Below the pieces are notes generated by a model, which saw only the letters and a program-made list of their open reading frames with translations, ran no database searches and was not told where the DNA came from. 64,000 bases of DNA from Vulcanimicrobiota bacterium (GTDB lineage: Bacteria; Vulcanimicrobiota; Vulcanimicrobiia; Eremiobacterales; Eremiobacteraceae), in assembly GCA_963805945.1 (NCBI GenBank), contig CAWDVP010000008.1, forward strand, positions 7,319-71,318. Reading direction: 5' to 3'. Each line of letters opens with the position of its first letter. Position 1 is the stretch's first letter. Below, in pieces: positions 46,660-55,499 of the stretch. The position numbers and the translations under genes are program-made.

Positions 46660-47564
46660 CGGACACTACAGATCGTACATACTTGTGGGCGTCGGCGCGC
46701 TTGCCGCCCTCATCCCATTCGCGCTGCACGGCTATCCGCTGTATCTCGCGACCGAAGTCGTCCTCTATGCCGTCGCCGCGGTCGCGCTCGACCTGCTCGT
46801 CGGCTACGCCGGGCTCACCTCGCTCGGCCAAGCGGCCTTCTTCGGCATCGGCGCGTACGCCGCGGCGATCGTCGCCTCGCACTACGGGCCGGTCCTCGCG
46901 CTCACGCTCGCGGCGGGGTTCGCCGCGGCAGCGCTGTTCGGCGCCGTCATCGCGCCGCTGTGCCTGCGCAGCGCGGGCATCTTCTTCCTTATGATAACGC
47001 TCGCGTTCGCGCCAGCTGGTGTGGGCGACCGCCGACAAGTGGCATGCGCTCACCGGCGGCAGCGACGGGCTCGTGGTCGCGAAGCTGCCTATGAGCGACA
47101 CCGTCTTCTACGCGATATCGGTCGCGCTGTTGATCGCGGTGCTGCTCGGTCTCGGCCGTTTGGTGCGCTCGCCGTTCGGACGCGTGCTCGATGCGGTCCG
47201 TCAGAACGAGACCCGCGCGCGCGCGCTCGGGCTCGCCGCCTTCTGGTACAAGTACTGGGCCTTCGTGCTTGCCGGCGGCATCACCGCGCTCGCGGGCGTG
47301 CTGCACGCGCACCATCGCAATTTCGTCAGCCTCGCCGACTTGAGCTGGAGCAATTCGGTCTTGCTGCTCGTCATGGTGCTGCTCGGCGGCGCGCGCACGC
47401 TGTGGGGCGGCGTGCTGGGCGCGGCGATCTTCGTGCTGCTCCAGGCGTGGATCAGCTCGAAGACCGATCAGTGGGAGAGCTTCGTCATCGGCGCGGTGCT
47501 CATCGCCATCGTGCTCTTCACCCGCCGCGGACTCGCCAGCTTGGTGGAGGTCCGACATGGTTGA
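46652..47564 (+). CDS. livM: branched-chain amino-acid ABC transporter permease; one frame break ~47008
   Basis: LDLLVGYAGLTSLGQAAFFGIGAY (ORF 46652-47815) continues as QLVWATADKWHALTGGSDGL..RVLDAVRQNETRARALG (ORF 47019-47564). Confidence 0.85.
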
Positions 47565-49023
47565 ACTGCGCGTCGAGGCGCTCACCAAACGTTTTGGCGG
47601 CGTGCTCGCGCTCGATGCCGTCAGCCTCAGCGTCGCGGGCGGCGAACGCCGTGCGATCATCGGCCCCAACGGCGCGGGCAAGAGCACGCTGTTCGCGTGC
47701 ATCAGCGGGCAGGAGCGGCCGACCGCCGGCAGCGTCGCGATCGCCGGACGCGCGACGCGCGGCATGCCGTCCGAGGCCATCGCGCGCCTCGGCGTCGCGC
47801 GCACGTTCCAGATGAGCAGCCTCTTCACCGAGTGCAGCGTGCTCGAAAACGTCGTGTTCGGTGCGCTCGCCGCGACCGGCCACGCGTGGAGCATCGGTAA
47901 ACCCCTCGACCGTTTTCCGGACTGCGAGCGCGCCGCACGCGCAGCGCTCGACGCGGTCGGTCTCGCCGGCAAAGCCGATGATGATGCCGCGTCGCTGTCG
48001 CACGGCGAGTCACGCCAGCTCGAGATCGCGGCCGCGCTGGTGCAGCGCCCCACGCTGCTGCTGCTCGACGAACCGCTCGCCGGTCTCGCCGCAAGCGAGC
48101 GCGAGCGCATCGGCAAACTCTTGCTCGGCTTGCCGCGCGACATCACCGTGCTCCTCATAGAACACGACCTCGACTTCGCGCAGGCCTTCGCCGATCGGAC
48201 GACCGTGCTCGACAACGGCGTCGTGCTCGCCGAAGGCACGCCGTTCGAGGTGCGCGATGACCCGGCCGTGCAGGCCGTGTATCTGGGCACCGGCGGCGCC
48301 GCGCCCGCCCGGCCGGAACGCGGCGGCGGCGAGGAGTTGCTGCGCGTGCGCGGGCTCTCGTGCGGCTATGGTCCTTCGCTCGTGCTCGACGATATGAACA
48401 TCGAAGTGCGGCGCGGCGAGGTCGTGGCGATCCTCGGCCGCAATGGCATGGGCAAGAGCACGCTGCTGAACTGCATCATGGGGTTCTTGCCGGCCCGTTC
48501 CGGCGTCATCGCGCTGGCCGGCGCCGACGTCACGAAGGCTTCGACGCTCACCCGCGCGCGGCGCGGTTGCGCGGTCGTGCCGCAGGGCCGACGCATGCTC
48601 GAGGGCTTGACGGTGGCCGAGGAGCTCACCTTGGCCTCGCATCCCGGACCCTGGACGCGCGAGCGCGTGCTCGCGCTGTTCCCGCGACTCGTCGAACGGC
48701 TCAATTCGCAAAGCCAGACCCTTTCGGGAGGCGAGCAGCAGATGACGGCGATCGGCCGGGCGTTGATGCGCAACCCCGCGCTGCTCATGATGGACGAACC
48801 GAGCGAGGGCTTGAGTCCGACGCTGGTCCGCGCGCTCGAGCGGACCATCTCCTCGCTGCGCGATGACGGCGAGACGGTGCTGCTCGCCGAGCAGAACGTC
48901 GATCTCGCGCTGGCCGTCGCCGATCGCGTCTACGTCATCGAGCACGGCAAGGTGGTCGAACACGGATCCGCCGCCGCATTGTCCGCGCAACGCTCGCGCC
49001 TGGCCGAGAGCCTGGGGCTCTAA
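47557..49023 (+). CDS. livGF: fused tandem ABC ATPase (LivG-like plus LivF-like domains in one 488-aa chain)
   Basis: Two complete ABC modules. The first has GPNGAGKST, LSHGESRQLE and LLLLDEPLAGL. The second has GRNGMGKST, LSGGEQQM and LLMMDEPSEGL. Confidence 0.9.
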   Translation: MVELRVEALTKRFGGVLALDAVSLSVAGGERRAIIGPNGAGKSTLFACISGQERPTAGSVAIAGRATRGMPSEAIARLGVARTFQMSSLFTECSVLENVVFGALAATGHAWSIGKPLDRFPDCERAARAALDAVGLAGKADDDAASLSHGESRQLEIAAALVQRPTLLLLDEPLAGLAASERERIGKLLLGLPRDITVLLIEHDLDFAQAFADRTTVLDNGVVLAEGTPFEVRDDPAVQAVYLGTGGAAPARPERGGGEELLRVRGLSCGYGPSLVLDDMNIEVRRGEVVAILGRNGMGKSTLLNCIMGFLPARSGVIALAGADVTKASTLTRARRGCAVVPQGRRMLEGLTVAEELTLASHPGPWTRERVLALFPRLVERLNSQSQTLSGGEQQMTAIGRALMRNPALLMMDEPSEGLSPTLVRALERTISSLRDDGETVLLAEQNVDLALAVADRVYVIEHGKVVEHGSAAALSAQRSRLAESLGL

Positions 49024-49026
49024 GCC

Positions 49027-49755
49027 CTACTTCGCGATGGCGTAGCGCACTTCGAGCGTCGGTCCGTAGACCGCGTTCTTGTCGGCCAGATCCTGCGTCG
49101 GGACGAAGTGCGCGATGTAGTTGATCGCGCGGAAGCCGAGCGCGTAGCTAAAGCGTTTATCGCGCAGCACGTAGGCGAAGGACACGTCGGTGGCTTCGGC
49201 CTTTTCGCTCGTGAGATTGGCGGCCGGCACTTCGACGCCGGCGACAAGGTAGCTGACTTTGCCCTGCAGCGACGGCATGAACGCCGCACGCAGCTCGAGA
49301 GAGCCGGAGCGGCCGGAGGGCAGATACGCCACCGCCTCGTACCGGCCGCCGGCCAGGCGCGACGCCGCGGCGAGCGGCGGCGAGCCCAGCGACGTGATCT
49401 GATTGAAGATCGTGACGCCGCCGCCGAGCCAGTAGCGTCCCGTCCGCTCGAGCCTGACGTGCGAGACGGCGCTGAACAGCGAGAAGGACGTGAACGGTTG
49501 CGGATAGCCGGAGGGCGTGGCGAGATAGCCGTGCCCGCCGGTCGTGGGCACTCCCTCCAGCTCGAGATCGAGAGCGCGCCAGGCCTGCCGCGCGCGCAGC
49601 AGCGCTGCCACACCGCTGATCGGCGTCGTGGTGTCGGGCTGGAGATGTGCACCGGTGATGGCGATGCCCTGGATGCCGATCGTCGTCTCGGCGAGCGCCG
49701 GCGCCCGCAGCAGCGCGAGCAGGGCGATGAGGAGCAGACCTATTCGCAGGGCCAC
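49027..49755 (-). CDS. secreted hypothetical protein (possible small beta-barrel)
   Basis: GTG 49755 starts signal peptide VALRIGLLLIALLALLRAPALA, followed by an alternating beta pattern. The rest of ORF 49027-50100 upstream is Arg-rich out-of-frame sequence. Confidence 0.55.
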   Translation of the reverse strand: MALRIGLLLIALLALLRAPALAETTIGIQGIAITGAHLQPDTTTPISGVAALLRARQAWRALDLELEGVPTTGGHGYLATPSGYPQPFTSFSLFSAVSHVRLERTGRYWLGGGVTIFNQITSLGSPPLAAASRLAGGRYEAVAYLPSGRSGSLELRAAFMPSLQGKVSYLVAGVEVPAANLTSEKAEATDVSFAYVLRDKRFSYALGFRAINYIAHFVPTQDLADKNAVYGPTLEVRYAIAK

Positions 49756-50741
49756 TAACGCGTCAGGGTCGCCGCCGCGTGCTCGCCACCCTCCACCACA
49801 GCGCCCGGTTCCACGCTGACGCCCGCGCCGATGACCGCGTCGGTCACCCGCGCGCCCGCGCCGATCTTCGCGCCGCTCCACAAGATGGAGCGCTCGATCT
49901 TCGCGCCGGCGCCGATCACCGCATCGCTGCCGATGCACGACGGCGCCACGACGGTCGCGCTCGAGTCGACGCTGCAACCGCGCCCGAGCAGCACGCCGTC
50001 GAGCATCACCGCGCCGTCGCCCGGCGTGAGCCGGACGCGGCCTTCGAGCGCGTCGCGATGGACGCGCCGGTATTCGGCCGGCGTGCCGACGTCGCACCAA
50101 TACGCGTCTTGGCTCATGCCGAAGAAGCGCTCTTCAGAATGGAGCAGATGCGGGAACACCTGTTTACCGAAATCGTAGAACGTGTTCGCCGGGATGTGCT
50201 CGAGGACGCTCGGCTCGAAGATATAGACGCCGGTGTTGACGAGCTTGGAGAGCTCGGTTCCCGGAGCCGGTTTCTCTTGGAAGCTGCGGATGCGGCCGTC
50301 CTCATCCGTGACGACGACGCCATATTGGCTGACGTCCGCCGCGCGCGTGAGCACGATCGTCGCGGTCGCCCGCCGCGCGCGGTGGAAGGCGAGCGCCGCC
50401 GGCAAGTCGATGGTGGTCACGTCGTCGCAGCCGATGACGATGAACGTCTCGGTGAAGCTGCCCGCGAGCTGCTTGACCGCGCCGGCGCTGCCCATGAGCT
50501 CGGTCTCGTGGAGGTAGTTGACCTTCGCGTTCCAGCGCGAGCCGTCGCCGACGAACTGTCGCACCGCGTCCGAGAAGTAGTGGACGTTGATGGCGATATC
50601 GCCGACGCCTGCACGCTGGAGATAGTCGAGCACGTGGGCCACGACCGGGCGGTCGAGCACGGGTACGAGCGGCTTCGGCAGCTTCAGCGTCAAGGGATAG
50701 AGCCGTGTCGAAAGACCACCGGCCAATATCATGCCGCGCAC
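49755..50741 (-). CDS. sugar-1-phosphate nucleotidyltransferase with C-terminal left-handed beta-helix
   Basis: ILAGGLSTRLYPLTLKLPKPLVPV (NTP-transferase P-loop) and hexapeptide repeats at the C-terminus. Confidence 0.85.
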   Translation of the reverse strand: MRGMILAGGLSTRLYPLTLKLPKPLVPVLDRPVVAHVLDYLQRAGVGDIAINVHYFSDAVRQFVGDGSRWNAKVNYLHETELMGSAGAVKQLAGSFTETFIVIGCDDVTTIDLPAALAFHRARRATATIVLTRAADVSQYGVVVTDEDGRIRSFQEKPAPGTELSKLVNTGVYIFEPSVLEHIPANTFYDFGKQVFPHLLHSEERFFGMSQDAYWCDVGTPAEYRRVHRDALEGRVRLTPGDGAVMLDGVLLGRGCSVDSSATVVAPSCIGSDAVIGAGAKIERSILWSGAKIGAGARVTDAVIGAGVSVEPGAVVEGGEHAAATLTR

Positions 50742-50766
50742 GATCTACATCCTCGGTTCTTAGAGC

Positions 50767-51498
50767 TTACGAGTGCTGTCTGCTCCGCAGCGCTTGGCCC
50801 ATCGCCCGTGCGGCGAACACCGGCAGCACGAGCTGCCTTCGCAGTCTGCGCGGTTCGCGCACGAGCCGGTAAAGCCATTCCAAGCCCGCGCTCCGGAGCG
50901 CCTGGGGCGCTCGCGCCAGTTTTCCGGAGAGCACATCGAACGAACCGCCGACGCCGACGCACACCGCGCCGCCGACCTCGGCGAGGTTGTCGCGGATCCA
51001 GTATTCCTGTCGCGGGAATCCCAGGCCGGCGAAGACGAGCCGCGCGCCCGATGCGCGAATCCGCAAGCAGACGTCGTCGCTCTCATCGTCGTCGAAGTAG
51101 CCGTGCTCGGCGCCGGCGATCTTCAGTCCTTGATGACGCTGCGCGAGGGCGGCGGCTGCGGCAGCGGCGACGCCATCCGCGCCTCCCACCGAGATAGATG
51201 GGATCGCCGCGGCGCGCGGCCTCGGCGCACACGCGCTCCAAGAGGTCGATGCCTGCGACGCGCTCGGGGACCGGTTTGCCGAGCCAGCGCGCCGCCATCA
51301 CGATGCCCACGGTGTCCGGCACGACGAGGTCGGCCGCGTTGATGACGTCGCGGTAGCGTTCGTCGCCATACGCGAGGTTCGCCATCTCCGCGCCGAGGGT
51401 CACGACGTGGGCCGGGCGCCTGCGTCGAGCAGCGCTACGATGCGGGCGACCGCGTCCTCGGCGCCGACCCGGTCGACGCGGCAGCCGAGAACGTGCAA
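50767..51498 (-). CDS. WecB/TagA/CpsF-family glycosyltransferase; two frame breaks (~51415, ~51190)
   Basis: HVLGCRVDRVGAEDAVARIVALL, VVTLGAEMANLAYGDERYRDVINAADLVVPD, GLKIAGAEHGYF, ARLVFAGLGFPRQE and LEWLYRL. Candidate TTG start at 51498. Confidence 0.75.
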
Positions 51499-51516
51499 GG
51501 CGATCGGGCGAGTCGC

Positions 51517-52423
51517 TCAAACCGTCGATTTCGCCCGGCCGACGCGCTCGCTCCATGCGTCGAGCGCCTTGGCAAGCGCGCGCGCCTGTTCCGGGTCGAG
51601 TTCGCACAGCGGCGCTCGACAGCGTCCGGCCGAGAAGCCGAAGCGCTGCATGGCCGCCTTCACCGGGATGGGGCTCGTCACCGCGAACAGCGCCTTGATG
51701 AGCGGCAGCAACGTTTGGTGCAGCGTGGCGGCGAGCAGGACCTCGCCCGCCTCATAGGCGACGCACATCTCGAGTTATCTCGTCGCCGGCGACATGGCTG
51801 GCGACGCTCACGACGCCGCAGCCGCCGATCGCCAGCACGGGCAGCGTGAGATGATCGTCACCGGAGTAGACATCGAAGCCCTCCGGCGCTTTGACGATGA
51901 GCTCGCCGATCTGCATCAGGTCGCCGCTCGACTCCTTGACCGCCACGATGCGCGGATGCTTGCTCAGCGCGACGATGGTGTCCGGGAGGATGTTGACGGC
52001 CGTGCGCCCGGGGATGTTATAGATCATGATCGGCAGGTCCACGCTGTCCGCGATCTGCGTGTAGTGCGCGATGAGACCCGCCTGCGGCGGCTTGTTGTAG
52101 AACGGCCCGACGACGAGCAGGGCGTCGACGCCGCTCGCCTCGGCCTTCTTGCTCAATTCAATGGAGTGGCGCGTGCTGTTGCCGCCGGTGTTCGCGATGA
52201 TCTTCGCCCGCCCGCCGATCTCCGCGACCACCTCGGCGAACAGCTTGGTCTTCTCGGCGTCGTCGAGCGTCGGCCCCTCGCCGGTCGTTCCGGCGAGCAC
52301 CAAGCCGCTGCTGCCGTGTTCGCAGAGCCAGCTCGCCAACCGCCGCGCCTGCGCGTAGTCCACCGCGCCGTCGTCGCGCATCGGCGTGATCATCGCGGTG
52401 ACGACCGGTCCGAAACGTGCCAT
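51517..52423 (-). CDS. dapA: 4-hydroxy-tetrahydrodipicolinate synthase; one frame break ~51775
   Basis: AMITPMRDDG, LAGTTGEGPTL, IYNIPGRT and VAVKESSG (ORF 51752-52423) continue in ORF 51517-51768 (PIPVKAAM). Confidence 0.9.
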
Positions 52424-52452
52424 TGCCGTGTTCCTTCTGCCGCGCTGCGCGG

Positions 52453-53622
52453 CTAGAGATCGAAGTGTTTGTGGAGCGCCGCCTCTGCCGTCGGCGCGAG
52501 CACGCCGGGCACGAGGATGGAGATGGTGATGTTCGAGTCCGTGCTATGGATGATCGGCACGCCTGCCTCGACGAGCGCCTGCACGACCGCGAACATGACG
52601 CCGGGTCGATCGCGCATGCCTGCGCCGACGATCGAGACCTTCGCACAGTCGCGCGTCGCGCGCGCCGCGACCGACATCGCGTCGAGGAGCTTGCGGCTGC
52701 GCTCCAAGTCGCGTTCGCGCACGGTGAAGAACACGCCGGCGCGGTTGACGTTGATGCAGTCGAGGTTGATATTCGCCTCGGCGAACGCCCTGAACACCTC
52801 GCGCTCCCAGCCGCCGGGCATGGCGGCGGCTTCCGGCAGGACGTGAAGGAACGCATAACCGCCGACCGAGGCGATGCCCGACACCGGTTTGTCCGGATCG
52901 ATCGTGCGCTCGCCGGTCACCGTCGTGCCTGCGCCCGAACGCATGCCGCGCACCGCATAGGGGATGTGGGACTCGTACGCGAGCTGCGCCGCGCGGTCGT
53001 GCATGACGCCGGCGCCATTGGCGGCGAGCTCGTTCACTTCTTCAAAGGTGAGCGCACTGACCCCGTGCGCGTCGTTCACGCGTTTCGGGTCTGCGGTCAT
53101 GACGCCGTCCACGTCGGTGAAGATCTCGCAGCGCACGTCGCCCAGCGCCCGCGCGAGCGCCACCGCGCTCAGATCGCTGCCGCCGCGGCCAAGGGTCGTG
53201 ACCGTGCCGTCCGGTGCGGCGCCTTGGAAGCCGGCGATGACCGGCACGACGCCGCTATCGAGGAGCGCCTTCACGGCCGCAGGATCCACTGCGGCGATGC
53301 GTGCGCCGCCATGCTGCGCATCGGTGCGGATACCGGCCTGCGCACCGGTGAGCGCGAGTGAGGCGACGCCGTCGGACTCGAGCAGCGCGGCGAAGATCCC
53401 CGCGCTGATCGTCTCGCCGCACGACAGCAGCAGATCGCGGTTGGCGCCGTCGCCGCCGGGTGCGAGCGCGAGCAGTGAGTCGGTGGCGTACGGCGCGGGC
53501 GAGCGGCCCATGGCGGACACGACGACGGCCGGACGCCGCCCGGCGGCGACGGCCGCCTTGACGTGCTGCACCGCGATGTGCCGCAACTCGTCGCTCGCGA
53601 GCGACGAGCCGCCGAACTTCAT
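52453..53622 (-). CDS. lysC: aspartate kinase
   Basis: MKFGGSSLA, TLGRGGSDLSA, FTDVDGVMTADP and two C-terminal ACT-like repeats. ATG 53622 is preceded by GAGTGAGG. Confidence 0.93.
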   Translation of the reverse strand: MKFGGSSLASDELRHIAVQHVKAAVAAGRRPAVVVSAMGRSPAPYATDSLLALAPGGDGANRDLLLSCGETISAGIFAALLESDGVASLALTGAQAGIRTDAQHGGARIAAVDPAAVKALLDSGVVPVIAGFQGAAPDGTVTTLGRGGSDLSAVALARALGDVRCEIFTDVDGVMTADPKRVNDAHGVSALTFEEVNELAANGAGVMHDRAAQLAYESHIPYAVRGMRSGAGTTVTGERTIDPDKPVSGIASVGGYAFLHVLPEAAAMPGGWEREVFRAFAEANINLDCINVNRAGVFFTVRERDLERSRKLLDAMSVAARATRDCAKVSIVGAGMRDRPGVMFAVVQALVEAGVPIIHSTDSNITISILVPGVLAPTAEAALHKHFDL

Positions 53623-53652
53623 GACGACGACCTCACTCTTGTTTGCGGGCTT

Positions 53653-53679
53653 TGGAGCGGTCGACTTCAGTCGACCGTC
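53653..53679. repeat. single REP-like hairpin (subfamily B) between asd and lysC
   Basis: TGGAGCGGTCGAC-TTCA-GTCGACCGTC within the 68-nt intergenic gap. Confidence 0.85.
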
Positions 53680-53690
53680 GTCTTTCGACT

Positions 53691-54704
53691 TCACGCCGGC
53701 ACCTTCGCCGCCCGCAGGGCGCATTCGACGATCTGCACCGCGTTGGTCGCCGCGCCTTTGCGGAGATTGTCGCACACGATCCAGCACGAGAAGCCGCCCG
53801 GGTGGGCGGTGTCGGCGCGCAGACGGCCGACCGCCACGTCGTCGGTGCCCGCGACGTCGAGCGCGCTCGCATAGCCGTTGCCGTCTTCAAAGCGCACGCC
53901 TGGCGCGCTGCGCAGGATATCGCGCAGCTGCTCGCGCGTGGCGGGCCTGTGGGTCGCGAACGACACCGCTTCGCTGTGGCCGATCGCCACAGGCACGCGC
54001 ACGCACATGGCCGAGACGCGCAGGTCGGGCCGCGCGAGGATCTTCTTCAGCTCCGCGGCGATCTTGCGCTCCTCGTCGCCATAGCCGGAGGCATCAAAAT
54101 CGCCGACCTCCGGCACGACGTTGCCCGCGATGCGCCGCGGCAGCACCAGTGCGTTCGTGCTCCCCGCGAGTTGAGCGCGATACTCTTCGACCGCATCTTT
54201 GCCGGCGCCGGACACGCTTTGATAGGTCGCCACGCTCACCCACGTGAGACCGAAGACCTTCTCGATCGGCGAGAGCGCGACGGCGAGCGGAATGGTGGAA
54301 CAGTTCGGATTCGCGACGAGCATCTGCGTGCCGATCGCCTCGGCATTCGCTTCGGGCACGACGAGCGGCACCGCCGGATCGAGCCGATAGACGCCTGACT
54401 TGTCGACGACGAACGCGCCCGCGTCCACCGCGGCGCGCGCGTACGTGCGGCTCGCCGCGTCGCCCGCGGCGAAGAACGCGACGTCGATGCCCTTGAACGG
54501 GTCGCGCGCCTCGGCGAGCGGTTCGACCGCGACCTCGCGGCCGCCGGCGTGCAGGTGCGCGCCGGCTGAGCGGGCGGTGCCGAACGCGCGCAGTGAGCGC
54601 AGCGGAAAGCGCCGTTCGTCGAGGATGCGTGCGAGCGTCTCGCCGACCAAGCCGGTCGCGCCCACGATGGCGACGTTGAGGCCGTTCGTCGACGTGAGGC
54701 TCAC
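53691..54704 (-). CDS. asd: aspartate-semialdehyde dehydrogenase
   Basis: VAIVGATGLVG, NPNCSTI (active-site Cys) and SVSGAG. GTG 54704 overlaps the dapB stop (GTGA). Confidence 0.93.
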   Translation of the reverse strand: MSLTSTNGLNVAIVGATGLVGETLARILDERRFPLRSLRAFGTARSAGAHLHAGGREVAVEPLAEARDPFKGIDVAFFAAGDAASRTYARAAVDAGAFVVDKSGVYRLDPAVPLVVPEANAEAIGTQMLVANPNCSTIPLAVALSPIEKVFGLTWVSVATYQSVSGAGKDAVEEYRAQLAGSTNALVLPRRIAGNVVPEVGDFDASGYGDEERKIAAELKKILARPDLRVSAMCVRVPVAIGHSEAVSFATHRPATREQLRDILRSAPGVRFEDGNGYASALDVAGTDDVAVGRLRADTAHPGGFSCWIVCDNLRKGAATNAVQIVECALRAAKVPA

Positions 54705-55453
54705 AGCAGCTCTCCGAGGCCGTCGACGAAATGATCGAGCGTCGCGGCAGCTCTTACCGCGAGCAGCACGCCGGCCATGAAGGACTCGCGCGAGAACGAA
54801 TCGTGTCGTATGGTGAGCAGCTCGCCCTTGCCGCCGAAGAGCACTTCTTGATGCGCGACGACGCCCGGCAGGCGCAGGCTGTGGATGCCGATGCCTGCAT
54901 GTTCCGCGCCGCGTGCGCCGTCGATCTTCACCGCAGCGGTCGCGGGCCGCTTGAAGTTGCCGGCGGCCGTGAGACGTCGCGCGGTCGCCATCGCGGTCCC
55001 GGACGGCGCGTCCTTCTTGCCCGTCTCGTGCATCTCGACGATCTCGACCGCGGGATAATGTTTCGCGGCCGCATCGGCGAACTGCATCATGAGCACGGCG
55101 CCGATGGCGAAGTTGGGCGCGAACACCGCACCGACGTGATTTTTCGCGCACGCAGCTTTGAGCGCAGCGATGTCGTCCGCGCCGTAGCCCGACGCGCCGA
55201 TGACCGGCCGCACACCGCGCTCGATCGCTCCCAGCGCGATGCGCTTCGAATCAGGGAAAAGCGAGAAATCCACGAGCACTTGAGGCTTTGCCCGAGCGAC
55301 GAACGCGTCGAGATCATCGAACTCGAGCGGCCCTTGTGCAGTCCCCGACCGTACCAACCCGCCCACGTAGTCGATGTCGTCGGCGTCGGCGAGCGCGCCG
55401 GCCGTCGTCCGCCCCATTTTGCCGTGTGCTCCGGCCACGCCAGCCCGTATCAT
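54701..55453 (-). CDS. dapB: 4-hydroxy-tetrahydrodipicolinate reductase
   Basis: GAHGKMG, EIVEMHETGKKDAPSGTA and HSLRLPGVVAHQEV. ATG 55453 lies within ORF 54701-55705. Confidence 0.92.
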   Translation of the reverse strand: MIRAGVAGAHGKMGRTTAGALADADDIDYVGGLVRSGTAQGPLEFDDLDAFVARAKPQVLVDFSLFPDSKRIALGAIERGVRPVIGASGYGADDIAALKAACAKNHVGAVFAPNFAIGAVLMMQFADAAAKHYPAVEIVEMHETGKKDAPSGTAMATARRLTAAGNFKRPATAAVKIDGARGAEHAGIGIHSLRLPGVVAHQEVLFGGKGELLTIRHDSFSRESFMAGVLLAVRAAATLDHFVDGLGELL

Positions 55454-55499
55454 CGCATCTCCAACGTTCAATGGCGGGACAGGGCGGCCCTCCGGGCGT

